DNA from: a virus
Lineage: Duplodnaviria; Caudoviricetes
IMG/VR virus record: IMGVR_UViG_3300032050_000168
Location: 1 to 56,468 of that record
Direction: 5' to 3' (one strand)
DNA length: 56,468 bases
The notes beneath the pieces were generated by a model. That model did no database searches and had not been told where the DNA came from. It saw only the letters and a program-made list of their open reading frames with translations. Both the position numbers and the translations under genes were made by a program. Positions 28,901 to 38,136 of this stretch are shown piece after piece (position 1 is the first letter of the stretch; each line of letters opens with the position of its first letter).

Positions 28901-29371
28901 TCCTTTTGCGCCAACATATTTATAAAACGAAATATTTGGTGGCATGTTTCCTGGGACCGTACTATAAAACGTTACCAGACCTGCATCCGTATCTACAATC
29001 CAATCACCTTCACCGAATGCAATAGTTCCTCCAATATTATTACGAATGACATAATTATAAGACGACCCATCGCCATAGTTGAATGGAATTGCATCAATTA
29101 ATAAAGAACTCGTAAATGCGTTGGTAGTACCAGGAACAGCACCAAGAGGAGCATTTTGCCAATACTGGACGACGCCACTCGTTTGTCCATTACTTAACGC
29201 AGGTGCAGTACTAGGTATAAGATCGGCTTGAGTCCATATTTGATTCGTATATACCGCAGAACGACCAGGAAACGAAGTTTCATTAAAAAACTCACGTGAA
29301 GAAGTCGTTTGTCCTAATCCTAACCATTTTTTAAATAGTAGTAATGCTTGTTGTGCAGTAGTTAGTGCCAT
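25940..29371 (-). CDS. large tail-fibre-like protein
   Basis: 1143 aa; SGS..FGDS.DDTHQFTGS, GNVGIGT motifs, TASFATTASAATSITFTP repeats, C-terminal IDGGFY. Confidence 0.75.
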   Translation of the reverse strand: MALTTAQQALLLFKKWLGLGQTTSSREFFNETSFPGRSAVYTNQIWTQADLIPSTAPALSNGQTSGVVQYWQNAPLGAVPGTTNAFTSSLLIDAIPFNYGDGSSYNYVIRNNIGGTIAFGEGDWIVDTDAGLVTFYSTVPGNMPPNISFYKYVGAKGFSSGSVPLTGSLFGTASWASNVISASFATTASAATSITFIPSTASFATTSSFAVTASYALNSTELPPNLVSSSTQIDYTQIQNKPTTIETASYVEYNNVANKPALVSSSQQINTGSFSGSFIGTASIADKVTGGTSRYIPMWTGSGANELTSSIIYQTTKGVFIGYDTAPHFHSAVGETLAVHSGETGVKNVIYAHGSSDDSYRVNIRNISSGVSASTNFIATADAGTDDGGYIRMGINSSTYSRTDEIGDPLDAYLFTTGSDLLIGNLSPDKRIILFTGPGDADNNARVFIDPSGSVGINTSEVIAGAPDALRVKAVPSVATFNVITALGLTDDYAQINMKNTGTGNSVSSDIVATANNGDENTNFVNMGINGETYTGTIGGPNDSYVYSTGGHLHLGAIDPGEEIMLFVGGEDVMMTTKLTLRDNNQHELSGSLNVTGSLNVLQNVVNNLTASFAITASYVEGAASDWSTLANKPDGIVSSSTQVQNYNIFTTTGSNAFKASQTITGSLIVTDTITAQQFNIEFISSSVIYESGSTKFGDSTDDTHQFTGSLSVLGTISGSLVLPIGTVSSSAQVDYNGIQNKPTTIATASYVEYNNVVNKPTLISSSLQINTGSFSGSITTASFATTASFSQTSSFTVSSSFATTASAATSITFTPSTASFAQNAQLLNNTSSAVFATTGSNSFNGTQTITGSLLLTTDIVVFSGSFTTSGSFAISGSLGVTNGITGSLFGTSSWANNVISSSFATTASAATSITFTPASASFSTTASFATRANSLNGGTVNYVPLWSSATAQSSSNLFQAGSNIGIGTTVPLSHLHVLSTASRAFRIERGTNNVGIEVSPGTSTGWGFFDYNRVAYDIWMQAGNVGIGTTTTINATLQVQGNVSASSYTSSLDNAVGFFGTSSWAVRTTTASFATTASAATSITFTPTSASFATTASAATSITFTPTTASFATTASAATSITFTPATSSYALSASFIDGGFY
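25985..26165. repeat. 57-bp (19 aa) tandem repeat TASFATTASAATSITFTPT, three copies
   Basis: Visible in the translation of the C-terminus of 25940..29371; synonymously diverged at DNA level. Confidence 0.8.
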
Positions 29372-29379
29372 ATATAATC

Positions 29380-31095
29380 CTATACTTGCGTAATAGTTAC
29401 GCCAGAGAACGATCTAGTACTACCAGCCAATGATGATGATGGAATACCCACTCTAATAAATACTCTTCCAGTTCGTGGAGTGCCGCCGAAAGTAACAACT
29501 TTGGTAGTTGCTGTACTACTTCCCACCACTAATGCAGGATCTCCATTGTTGGTGGGGGTTCCGGTTCCAGGATATGCAGTTGAACCATCAATCCACCCAT
29601 TAGTAGGTATTGATCCGGACACTCGTACATATAATCGCATTGATCCAGAAGTTATCACTCCAGTAAATGCAGCATTTGTTCCCGTAAACGCCACACTTAC
29701 GTTTGATGCGGCAGTTACTGAACCACTAAATGTAACCCAACGAACTGCTTCTCCTGGGAATGATGCTGTAGTGTCCCCCGCCAATCCTCTATAATCGGGT
29801 CCGGCTAATGGGTAATTGGATACATAACTACTACCACTTGGATAATGATAGACATTATTACTCATTTGTAATTCTCTACTACCCGTCAAGTTTACCGATG
29901 CAGTCCATAAATTTCCTGCCCCAGAAATATCAGTGGCAATATTTGGATACCAACCAATACCCGAACGACACCGTGCCGTTTCATTACTAATTGTATCTAC
30001 TCTAATTGGTAATGTAGGAGTCCACGTTGCCGTTGCCGTAGTTCCCGCGGAGTTATATGCAGTAACCGTATAAGTACTGGCAACCGTATATACGTTTGTT
30101 GCAACGGTTAATGTGATAGACGAACTAACCAGAGAAGCAGATGTCGGAGGTACTGATGGTAGCGTTGCGTTTACTGACGGTGCTACCGAATTATTTCCTA
30201 CCGCAGAAAATATTCGTGTACCATTATAAAATTGACTAACTGCATTAGACGCAGTTGTGGCAATGAGTACAGTTTCTCCCGTTGCCAACGTAGGAACGCC
30301 AGACACAAATCGGGTAGATCCGCCCGTTGAAGAACCCGTCACTACGGTAACTACTGGGGTTGATGGGTTATCCAAATACCACGTGAATACTGGCGTGTTA
30401 CCTGTGGTGGAATGTAATAATCGGTAGGTGTGTGGTCCAAGTGCTAAACTTCTGGTTGCTGCGACAGATGCAAGAAATCCTTTCCAGAATCCTTGCTGAC
30501 CAAACGTTCCATTATATGGGTCTAAATCGGCGGTCACAATTAAATCACCAAACGTACCAACATCTGATGCAGTTGTAAAGACATCTTGTGATAGAGGTGC
30601 AACCACTCCATCAACTTCTGCTTGTAACGTTCCCGAATCAGCATCAAATGATAAGGTAGTTCCAGATCCACTGGTTGCCGCGGCAAATGTCCAACTTGCT
30701 GTAGGACGTGCGGTTACCGTAATATTACTAAATGATGACGGAGTTGCACCACTTGCAGTAAATGCTGTATATGTGGTTGCGTTCGTCGTTAATGTACGGG
30801 TACTTAAATTAGCAGGCTTTGCTGGAGCTAGTCTTCCCAAAATAGTTTCAATTTTATCAAACGCATCTTCTGCTTTATCGCCAGAGCCAATGCCTGATAC
30901 GTTTCCAGCTGCCCCGCCATATGCCCCATCAGTAGGCAATCCAATTATTACTATTCCGCCTGATATATAGGAGGCTGTTACTGCCAGGGACGCGAATGAT
31001 GCTGTGCCAAAAAATCCACTTGCGGTAACAGATCCAGATACTTCAATACTACCGCTTGATATTAACCCTTTACGGGCAATAAATTCATTCGCCAT
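29380..31095 (-). CDS. virion structural protein (MANEFIARKGLI N-terminus)
   Basis: 571 aa, Thr/Ser-rich; N-terminal 12 aa identical to those of 31177..33336. Confidence 0.7.
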   Translation of the reverse strand: MANEFIARKGLISSGSIEVSGSVTASGFFGTASFASLAVTASYISGGIVIIGLPTDGAYGGAAGNVSGIGSGDKAEDAFDKIETILGRLAPAKPANLSTRTLTTNATTYTAFTASGATPSSFSNITVTARPTASWTFAAATSGSGTTLSFDADSGTLQAEVDGVVAPLSQDVFTTASDVGTFGDLIVTADLDPYNGTFGQQGFWKGFLASVAATRSLALGPHTYRLLHSTTGNTPVFTWYLDNPSTPVVTVVTGSSTGGSTRFVSGVPTLATGETVLIATTASNAVSQFYNGTRIFSAVGNNSVAPSVNATLPSVPPTSASLVSSSITLTVATNVYTVASTYTVTAYNSAGTTATATWTPTLPIRVDTISNETARCRSGIGWYPNIATDISGAGNLWTASVNLTGSRELQMSNNVYHYPSGSSYVSNYPLAGPDYRGLAGDTTASFPGEAVRWVTFSGSVTAASNVSVAFTGTNAAFTGVITSGSMRLYVRVSGSIPTNGWIDGSTAYPGTGTPTNNGDPALVVGSSTATTKVVTFGGTPRTGRVFIRVGIPSSSLAGSTRSFSGVTITQV

Positions 31096-31124
31096 ATTAT
31101 CCCTTTTTCACATTTCCAAAGGTT

Positions 31125-31161
31125 AAAAAAAAGGGGTGGGTAGGATTAGTACCCACCCCTT
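31125..31161 (-). terminator. rho-independent terminator
   Basis: AAGGGGTGGGTA-CTAATCC-TACCCACCCC followed by T8 on the minus strand. Confidence 0.85.
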
Positions 31162-31176
31162 ATATGTAAGTAGTTC

Positions 31177-33336
31177 TTAGAGTAACTTCGTTGATGTTTT
31201 AATCGTCCACGTGCCGGAGGTAACAGTAAACTTTAATCGCACATTTCCAGAGTTGGTATCTACAGTGAAATCTGCATTTCTAGTATTTCCGATATCGTTT
31301 GTTGATGTATCGGTAAATTCTATTGAACCACCCGTCCATATTGACATGACCGTTCCTGTACGGAGATTTGCTCCACTCTTGAGAACATAATCAAAATGTG
31401 CTGCATCAAAACTTCCGGTGGCCAAACTTAATACAACTTCATTTGTTGTGGGACCGGCAGCAACATAAGTACTAGACGTTTGAAATGCACTTCCAATGGT
31501 TGCTCCACCACTTAACGTGACTGCATCAGTGGTAGTTGCACCTTGTGTTGTAATTTGTGCAAGAGTAATGTTACGTGTACCACCAAGTGTAACGGTTCCG
31601 CCATTGATGGTAATATTGTTGGATGTAACTTCACCACCAGTAACCGTAAAGTTTGTACTGTTAAATGATGCAACACCCTTTGTTGTTGTTGTTGCATTAC
31701 TACCACTGATGGTGAGAGTTTGTCCATTGGCGGTTGCTACAACGCCGTTGGTTCCACTGACAATTAATCCTTGTGTTTTAAGATTAATTGTACCGGTACC
31801 ACTTTCTGATCCTGTGACACTTAATGTACTAACAACACCGGTAAGATTACTACCATCCCCAGAGAATCCCACCGAAGACGTAATTGCTCCAGTAACATAT
31901 AATCCCGCTTCAACGTGTGTCCGTCGTGAAGGAAATTCCACATACATGGAACTTGAGGCAAGACCCGTATCAATATGATCACCGCCTGATGCTACTGGAA
32001 TACGACCTGTTATTAATTCTGCTTCGTTTCCTAAAGCACCCGTATTTTTTGGACCCGCTATAATTACTGCGCTATTGTATGCCGATCCACTAAGATTTTC
32101 GTAAATGAAGTGATGCGCTAAACTATCCCAGTATATGGATGCAGTGGTCGGAGAAGAGGATCCCGAGTCAATTACCGACAATCCACCGAATCGTACTAAA
32201 TCATTCGTATTAACAACAATCTTATTATCTGCTACATTTAATTGCGATGAGGTTACGTATTGTACCGACGTTGATACTGCGGTGAGTAATCCCGTGACGG
32301 TTAAACTACCCGAAATATTTACGTCTTTAGCAATTCCTACTCCACCTGCGACAATTAATGCACCATTATTAAATACAGTACTATTTGTCGTGTTGGATAT
32401 AGTTTGTACACCAGTAAAGGTATTAGACCCAGTTGTTGCAATAGTAGCAATTCCTGTTGTGTTACGTACATCAACTTGTACCGAACTACTGAAGACACCT
32501 TCTGTATTAAGTTTGGTTTTTACACCGTTTGTAAAATGGGTTGATCCCGTATCAAGAGATAATGTACGGGTAGTTGTAATATCGCCACCACCACTTAAAC
32601 CATTACCGGCACTAATTGATACGGAACTGTGATCAATGTGTTCGTTTGCTACGAAGTTGGTTGTTAAATCGTGATCAATTTGACTTGATGCGGATACTAA
32701 TGCTGGTTTATTAAGAACATTTGCATATTCTACGTTTGTTGCAGCAACGCCGGTTAATTGACTACCGTCTCCCTTAAATGACCCTGTAAATGATCCTGTA
32801 AATGGTGCGGCAAGATTGGTGAATTGTGTAGAACTGGATACTATGCCGTCTGGGATGTTTGATAATCCCGAATATGATATTTGACTTGATTGTGAAACAA
32901 GACCCGATACTCCAATCGTAACAGTATTATTTGTTACAGTTGCCGTAACATTACTGGATCCACTGAATACCAATCCTTCCGTTTTAAGGTTTACCGAATC
33001 AGTTCCTGATGTAGAACCCGTGACCGATAGTGTGGTAGCAATGCCTGTTAGTTGACTACCATCTCCAGTAAATGAACCCGTAAATGATCCGGTGAATGGA
33101 TCCGTGATCGTATTAAACTGCGTTGATGATGAAACTAATGTTGGTTTATTTAAAACGTTTGCAAATTGTACACTGTCTGCTGCTATATTTGTGAGGTACT
33201 GACCACTACCTCGGAAATTCACTGCTACGACATCGCCGGAAGCAGTAATATCACCATTGACACTAGTAGACCCAGTGGCTACTATACCATTGGCTAATAC
33301 TATTAAACCTTTTCTAGCTATAAATTCATTCGCCAT
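31177..33336 (-). CDS. tail-fibre-like virion protein (MANEFIARKGLI N-terminus)
   Basis: 719 aa; FTGSF.GDGSQLTG repeats, AGNGLSGGG fibre motif, GALIVAGGVGIAKD; GGAG SD. Confidence 0.75.
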   Translation of the reverse strand: MANEFIARKGLIVLANGIVATGSTSVNGDITASGDVVAVNFRGSGQYLTNIAADSVQFANVLNKPTLVSSSTQFNTITDPFTGSFTGSFTGDGSQLTGIATTLSVTGSTSGTDSVNLKTEGLVFSGSSNVTATVTNNTVTIGVSGLVSQSSQISYSGLSNIPDGIVSSSTQFTNLAAPFTGSFTGSFKGDGSQLTGVAATNVEYANVLNKPALVSASSQIDHDLTTNFVANEHIDHSSVSISAGNGLSGGGDITTTRTLSLDTGSTHFTNGVKTKLNTEGVFSSSVQVDVRNTTGIATIATTGSNTFTGVQTISNTTNSTVFNNGALIVAGGVGIAKDVNISGSLTVTGLLTAVSTSVQYVTSSQLNVADNKIVVNTNDLVRFGGLSVIDSGSSSPTTASIYWDSLAHHFIYENLSGSAYNSAVIIAGPKNTGALGNEAELITGRIPVASGGDHIDTGLASSSMYVEFPSRRTHVEAGLYVTGAITSSVGFSGDGSNLTGVVSTLSVTGSESGTGTINLKTQGLIVSGTNGVVATANGQTLTISGSNATTTTKGVASFNSTNFTVTGGEVTSNNITINGGTVTLGGTRNITLAQITTQGATTTDAVTLSGGATIGSAFQTSSTYVAAGPTTNEVVLSLATGSFDAAHFDYVLKSGANLRTGTVMSIWTGGSIEFTDTSTNDIGNTRNADFTVDTNSGNVRLKFTVTSGTWTIKTSTKLL

Positions 33337-33361
33337 AGCAGAATCTCCAAAAGAATATATC

Positions 33362-33369
33362 TATAAATA
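33362..33369 (-). promoter_or_regulatory. putative late promoter motif TATTTATA
   Basis: 26 nt upstream of the ATG at 33336. Confidence 0.6.
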
Positions 33370-34425
33370 TTATAATAGGTTAGGAAACAGTTTAAATAAG
33401 AATTGAATACTCCAAGTTCCAGTTCCGGATCCTATACTTAATGCTCGCAATCTTATATTATCTCCTATTCTAATAAGATTAAACGATAAATCTTCAGTAC
33501 TTCCTATATCTGTGTTAGAAACGTCGGTATATGTCGTAGTACTTCCGCTCCATGATCCTATGATGAATCCAGACCGAATTCCCGATGTTCTCTGAGCGGT
33601 ATATTCAATTGATACACCTGAAAAGCTCTGTACTGATATTGGTGGATCAATTACTCTGGTTTCGTCATATACTCCGGTGACTACCGACGAACTTAGATAC
33701 ACATTTGATGTATCTGATTTTACTTGAATTTGCGTTGACTGAATTGATGCGGTTACACTTGATGGAGTTATTATCTGATTGTTGATATACTCTACCGTTT
33801 GCACCGAACTTGACACAATTCCTGTCGGTTTATTAATAACCTCATTCCATCCAACGATAGCTCCACTTACATACGAAGCCGTTATTGCATATGACGAAGT
33901 TATTGCTTCTGTTACGGAACCCGTGATGGACGGGATAGTTGCCGAAGTTCCTACCGTTAGATTATTACCAACAAATAAATCATTTGATGCACTTAAATTA
34001 GTATATACCGAAGAAGCACTTGCCGCCACACTTAATGCAAATAATGCATATGACGCAGTATTTGCTGTATTAGAATTTAACGCAAGTGATGATGTAACTG
34101 CTCTTGTTGCAAAACTTGATGTAGTTGCTTTTAATGCGTATGAAGCACTGATTGTAGATTGTGCTGTTTGTACATATGAGGCAGTGTTTGCTGTGTCTGC
34201 TGTTTGTACATATGAAGCAGAATATGCAGATATAGCAATTGCAGGTAACGAGCCTGTTCTATATACTACCAAATCCGGTGGTTGTATTTCTACAGTATAG
34301 TTATTTCCCTGCTGAACATTGACACTTACATCAGGAAGTGCTAATGCAATTTTATTTGTGTCAGTATTTTCTCTGACAACAACCGTTATATTTGGTATTC
34401 CTAGATTAAGTGAACCACTCATCAA
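33370..34425 (-). CDS. fibre or decoration protein with hexapeptide ASYA repeats
   Basis: SASYVQ/TASYVQ/SASYAL repeats; C-terminal domain paralogous to that of 31177..33336. Confidence 0.7.
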   Translation of the reverse strand: MMSGSLNLGIPNITVVVRENTDTNKIALALPDVSVNVQQGNNYTVEIQPPDLVVYRTGSLPAIAISAYSASYVQTADTANTASYVQTAQSTISASYALKATTSSFATRAVTSSLALNSNTANTASYALFALSVAASASSVYTNLSASNDLFVGNNLTVGTSATIPSITGSVTEAITSSYAITASYVSGAIVGWNEVINKPTGIVSSSVQTVEYINNQIITPSSVTASIQSTQIQVKSDTSNVYLSSSVVTGVYDETRVIDPPISVQSFSGVSIEYTAQRTSGIRSGFIIGSWSGSTTTYTDVSNTDIGSTEDLSFNLIRIGDNIRLRALSIGSGTGTWSIQFLFKLFPNLL

Positions 34426-34775
34426 TCATTTCTCGTAGCAGTAGGACGGACGGTCAACGTACCTTCTAATATTCTTCGTGTTATTGGTGCAACGGATCCG
34501 CTAGTCATATTTACATCGTACACGTATTTTCTTGAACCGAGATTCATTGTTTGCGTTGGTGTTAATTCCACCATAATACTACCAGACGTATACGGTAAAT
34601 ATTTTGTAATATTTAATGTAGCTGCAATTTCTTCCGTTGTATAATTTTCTCTTACTTGACCAATAAATGTATAATCTGTTATATTGAATGCCGTAATTCC
34701 GTCATCGCTAATAATTGTGGCAGCAAACCGAAACGTTTCACCTTGGCCAAATTGAAAATCTGTAAATTCTGCCAT
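34422..34775 (-). CDS. small BppU-like / fibre-adaptor protein
   Basis: QGETF....., G.I..ELTPTQT..L....YVYDV........RILEG.LTVRP pattern. Confidence 0.65.
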   Translation of the reverse strand: MAEFTDFQFGQGETFRFAATIISDDGITAFNITDYTFIGQVRENYTTEEIAATLNITKYLPYTSGSIMVELTPTQTMNLGSRKYVYDVNMTSGSVAPITRRILEGTLTVRPTATRND

Positions 34776-34800
34776 ATATTTCTCGTTACAAGGACTCTAG

Positions 34801-34808
34801 TATAAATA
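34801..34808 (-). promoter_or_regulatory. putative late promoter motif TATTTATA
   Basis: 26 nt upstream of the ATG at 34775 and immediately downstream of a terminator. Confidence 0.65.
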
Positions 34809-34830
34809 TCAAAAGTTATGTTATTAATAT

Positions 34831-34863
34831 AAAAAAACTCCCGCAGGTTAATGCGGGAGTTTT
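34831..34863 (-). terminator. rho-independent terminator after the tail tube gene (possibly bidirectional)
   Basis: AAAACTCCCGCA-TTAACC-TGCGGGAGTTTTTTT. Confidence 0.9.
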
Positions 34864-34881
34864 AATACAACTAATATAATA

Positions 34882-35370
34882 TTAGTAGTTGAGTACGCAG
34901 TAATCTGGTTGGATTGTTACGGTAAATTCTACTTGTTCATCTGCTCCCCAATCCATTTCAGCAAAATTAACTTCTGTAATTTGTGCTCCTTTAATGATCC
35001 ATTCTTCTACCTTATCACCTACTGGTCCAAGAACGTTGAGAGTTAAATCCTTTTTATAGAACTCAAGGTAACCATCACGGCCAGTTACTGATTCATGGTG
35101 AAGACGAACCCATTCCATCACTGCTTGTGCACCAGAAGGAACGATTGGATCATATAGTGTCATCTGCATGGTACCCCACTTACTTTTGCCCTTTACATAT
35201 CTTTGAACATTGATATGATCAAGTGGCTTTGCTTCTTGTGTTAATGTAGGACGAGCAACCTTTTTGACGATATATGAAGGAATTCCATCCATGTATAGGA
35301 TGAAACGATTCTTCATCTTTGGTTCAAATGCTGTGAAGAACAGCTCTTGTTCAGTTACTAGATTTGCCAT
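34882..35370 (-). CDS. tail tube protein (T4 gp19-like)
   Basis: FEPK..NRF, YVKGKSKW, EWVRLHHESVTGRDGY..FYKKD, LGPVGDKVEEW; adjacent to the sheath gene. Confidence 0.9.
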   Translation of the reverse strand: MANLVTEQELFFTAFEPKMKNRFILYMDGIPSYIVKKVARPTLTQEAKPLDHINVQRYVKGKSKWGTMQMTLYDPIVPSGAQAVMEWVRLHHESVTGRDGYLEFYKKDLTLNVLGPVGDKVEEWIIKGAQITEVNFAEMDWGADEQVEFTVTIQPDYCVLNY

Positions 35371-35396
35371 GTATAATCTCCGAAAGGATTTCTAAC

Positions 35397-35404
35397 TATA
35401 AATA
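35397..35404 (-). promoter_or_regulatory. putative late promoter motif TATTTATA
   Basis: 27 nt upstream of the tube ATG; GGAG SD. Confidence 0.65.
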
Positions 35405-35421
35405 TGTAATATTTTGAAATT

Positions 35422-35449
35422 GTGGAGGGAGGTTTTACGCTCCCTCCAC
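35422..35449. terminator. strong hairpin between the sheath and tube genes (terminator or RNA stabiliser)
   Basis: GTGGAGGGAG-N8-CTCCCTCCAC; the U-tract is weak on the minus strand. Confidence 0.6.
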
Positions 35450-35458
35450 GTTTTCAAT

Positions 35459-38113
35459 TTATGCCGTTGGGAATGTAGCGCCCGTTGGAAGTACGTTGAA
35501 ATCAAGGATGATGAATTCAGCGGTACGGGTTGGTTGGAGATAGAGTTGTCCGTAAAGGATATTTCTATCAATCAAGTCCGGTGTATTATTGGTTTCATCC
35601 ATAATGACACGGAATGCGTACAAACCAGAACGTTCTTGGACACTTGCCAAATATGGGTTGACGATGTTCAAGAAACGATTGCGTGTGGATTCTACGTTTT
35701 GTTCAAACACGAGGTAACGTGAAGCACTTGCAATATATTTCTTCACAGCAATTAACAACCGGCGGACATTGACACGATCAAGTGCTGATGGACGACGTTG
35801 TAGTGTCTTTTGACCCCACACACAGATGCCCTGTCCAGGGAACTGTGCGATTGGGTTAACCTTACCTTCATAGAGAGTATCACGACTTGCTTGTGGGAGA
35901 CGGACCTTCACACCCACTGCACTTGCAATACCACCACGGTTCAACCCTGCTGGTGCAAACCATTCTGCTGCAACGTTGTCGTTGTATGCATAGATTTCCG
36001 GAAGGATAACTGACGGTGGTACCCAAATTAATTTATTGGTATTAACATCAATTACTCTCAACCACGGATAATAAGTTGCTGCATAGTTACTATCAATTTC
36101 CCCTGCTTTTGCTGTTGCCGTTGCAAGTGTAGCATTTAATCCAGTCGTGTCCATGATGTAGAATGCGTCACCACGATCTTCACAAAGACTTAACGCTTCA
36201 TTTGCAACATATGAATGGAAATCATAGATAACACCAGGTAATACCAAGAGGTTAAAATCCCATTGATCTGGATTACTGATAGCGTTTAGTGCTTTCTTAT
36301 ATGCCTTTGATCCGGCTGCAACCGACGTTGATAAATCAAATCCTTGTGAATTATTTGACAATATGTCACCACCTAACTTAATATCACGTGCTGGATTTAG
36401 TCCGTCAAACCCGCCAAAGAACGGTACAGAAAATTTACGGTAAATGAACGAATTATCATCGGTAAGTGAAATTGATGCAGAGAACTGTGATGATGATCCA
36501 CTTGGAACTTCAACCAAATTTTCTAAGTTAAACGCAGTTCCAACTATAATTGGGTTGGTGTTATTTGGATCCGATACTGGATTTAAATACGATTCGTTTG
36601 TACCATTTGCTACAGAGAAATCCCATCCATAATAATATCTCTTATCAATAGACTCCGTAGTATATCCTTCCGTTGTACCACTAAGCCAACGTGATGTTAC
36701 ATAATTTGGTGATGCAAGATTTATTGCAGGTAGTCTTATACTTGATTCCAATGTTCCAAATCCAAATGGGAGAGCACTATCTGGAATTACCGAATCATTC
36801 ATTTCTACGTATACGTACTGTGAATTATTTGGGAAATCACCTTGATAATACATTTCACCCGTGACTTGATCTTCTGTTGGCGCACTATTACCAATCACTC
36901 GTGCAATATATTGTGGACTATCTGGGTCCAGTGTTAGATTATCGTATTGTTCAAGTATTTCTTGACGTGCATCCGTATCATCATATTTACGGATTACAAG
37001 AGAAAATGTTCCCCACGCATATTCAACATCGCTACTTGGTTTCATGTTTAACAAGGATACTTTAATTTCTCTGTTTGCACTGTTTCCATCACCCAATGTA
37101 TGAAGTTTAAATAGATCAACATTTAAATTTGCAATTGTTTGTGATTGAATCCAAGGTGTATGTGCGTTAGAATATCCCGCATCAAGAAAGTTTAATGCCG
37201 TACTGGACGTAGTTGCGGATACTATAACATCTTGAAATACCCCAGTTGATGTTTTTGGATATGTGGTTACTGTCGTAAGTGTTCCCGTTGAACTTGAACT
37301 TACGATAAACATGATATTTGATGCAGACGTTGCCGTATATTGTGTTAGTAACAATGAGGCAAAATTTACACCAGATCCAGTAACAGCTACGCTAGATAAC
37401 TTAGTAGTATCTAGATTGGAAAATGATGTAGTTGGTATAACATACTTAACAAGACTTCCCGTAGAAACACCAGCCGGAACGTCACTTGCATTCAATGATT
37501 GTGATGCAACTGATAATCCCCCTATAGTACCGTATGATCCTACTTCTGTAACTGCATCTGGGAATATTGCGTAGATATAGGAGTTTTTCGTTGTAACGGG
37601 ACTGTATCCCAGTAAATTTCCTAGATATCCATTTGAATCAGGATTGACACTCAATCCTGATTGGTTTGAAATATCCGTTCCTGCTGCAGTATCTACCGAT
37701 AATGTGAAACTAGTTCCAGATCCAGTTGCAGTAACACTGTTGATTGTATTCCCAGTACTACTTGGGTGGATAACTGCAAATAATTTATTTCCACCGGATC
37801 CTGACACATAAACAAGTGCGGGGATTGTGGTTGTATTACTGTATCCTTCCGTTCCAAGAACACGAACGATGGTTGCTACACCAGATTCACGTAGATAATT
37901 TTTTACCGTTAACCCTGTGTAGTGATTTGCATCGGCTTCACCAAAACGGGTAACATATTCTTGTTGACTTCTTACAATTGTCGGGATAAATGCTGGACCC
38001 TTTGGTGTTGGTCCAATAAATGCGCCCCCAATTTCACTGATACCCTGGGTTAAGAAACTTAAGTCTCTTTCCCGTGTGAAAACTCCAGGGGAAACAATTC
38101 TTTCATTTGCCAT
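35459..38113 (-). CDS. contractile tail sheath protein (T4 gp18-like)
   Basis: SPGVFTRERD, WFAPAGLNRG, VWGQKTLQ...SALDRVNVRRLLI, VFEQN, LQPTRTAEFI; GGAGG SD. Confidence 0.95.
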   Translation of the reverse strand: MANERIVSPGVFTRERDLSFLTQGISEIGGAFIGPTPKGPAFIPTIVRSQQEYVTRFGEADANHYTGLTVKNYLRESGVATIVRVLGTEGYSNTTTIPALVYVSGSGGNKLFAVIHPSSTGNTINSVTATGSGTSFTLSVDTAAGTDISNQSGLSVNPDSNGYLGNLLGYSPVTTKNSYIYAIFPDAVTEVGSYGTIGGLSVASQSLNASDVPAGVSTGSLVKYVIPTTSFSNLDTTKLSSVAVTGSGVNFASLLLTQYTATSASNIMFIVSSSSTGTLTTVTTYPKTSTGVFQDVIVSATTSSTALNFLDAGYSNAHTPWIQSQTIANLNVDLFKLHTLGDGNSANREIKVSLLNMKPSSDVEYAWGTFSLVIRKYDDTDARQEILEQYDNLTLDPDSPQYIARVIGNSAPTEDQVTGEMYYQGDFPNNSQYVYVEMNDSVIPDSALPFGFGTLESSIRLPAINLASPNYVTSRWLSGTTEGYTTESIDKRYYYGWDFSVANGTNESYLNPVSDPNNTNPIIVGTAFNLENLVEVPSGSSSQFSASISLTDDNSFIYRKFSVPFFGGFDGLNPARDIKLGGDILSNNSQGFDLSTSVAAGSKAYKKALNAISNPDQWDFNLLVLPGVIYDFHSYVANEALSLCEDRGDAFYIMDTTGLNATLATATAKAGEIDSNYAATYYPWLRVIDVNTNKLIWVPPSVILPEIYAYNDNVAAEWFAPAGLNRGGIASAVGVKVRLPQASRDTLYEGKVNPIAQFPGQGICVWGQKTLQRRPSALDRVNVRRLLIAVKKYIASASRYLVFEQNVESTRNRFLNIVNPYLASVQERSGLYAFRVIMDETNNTPDLIDRNILYGQLYLQPTRTAEFIILDFNVLPTGATFPTA

Positions 38114-38136
38114 ACGAATCCTCCAAATGGGTTATA

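Noticed and set aside
18120-33336. Diversity-generating retroelement suggested by the Mtd-N-like domain and repeated fibre segments
   Set aside because: No reverse transcriptase in the window. The repeat copies differ mostly at synonymous positions, not specifically at adenines.
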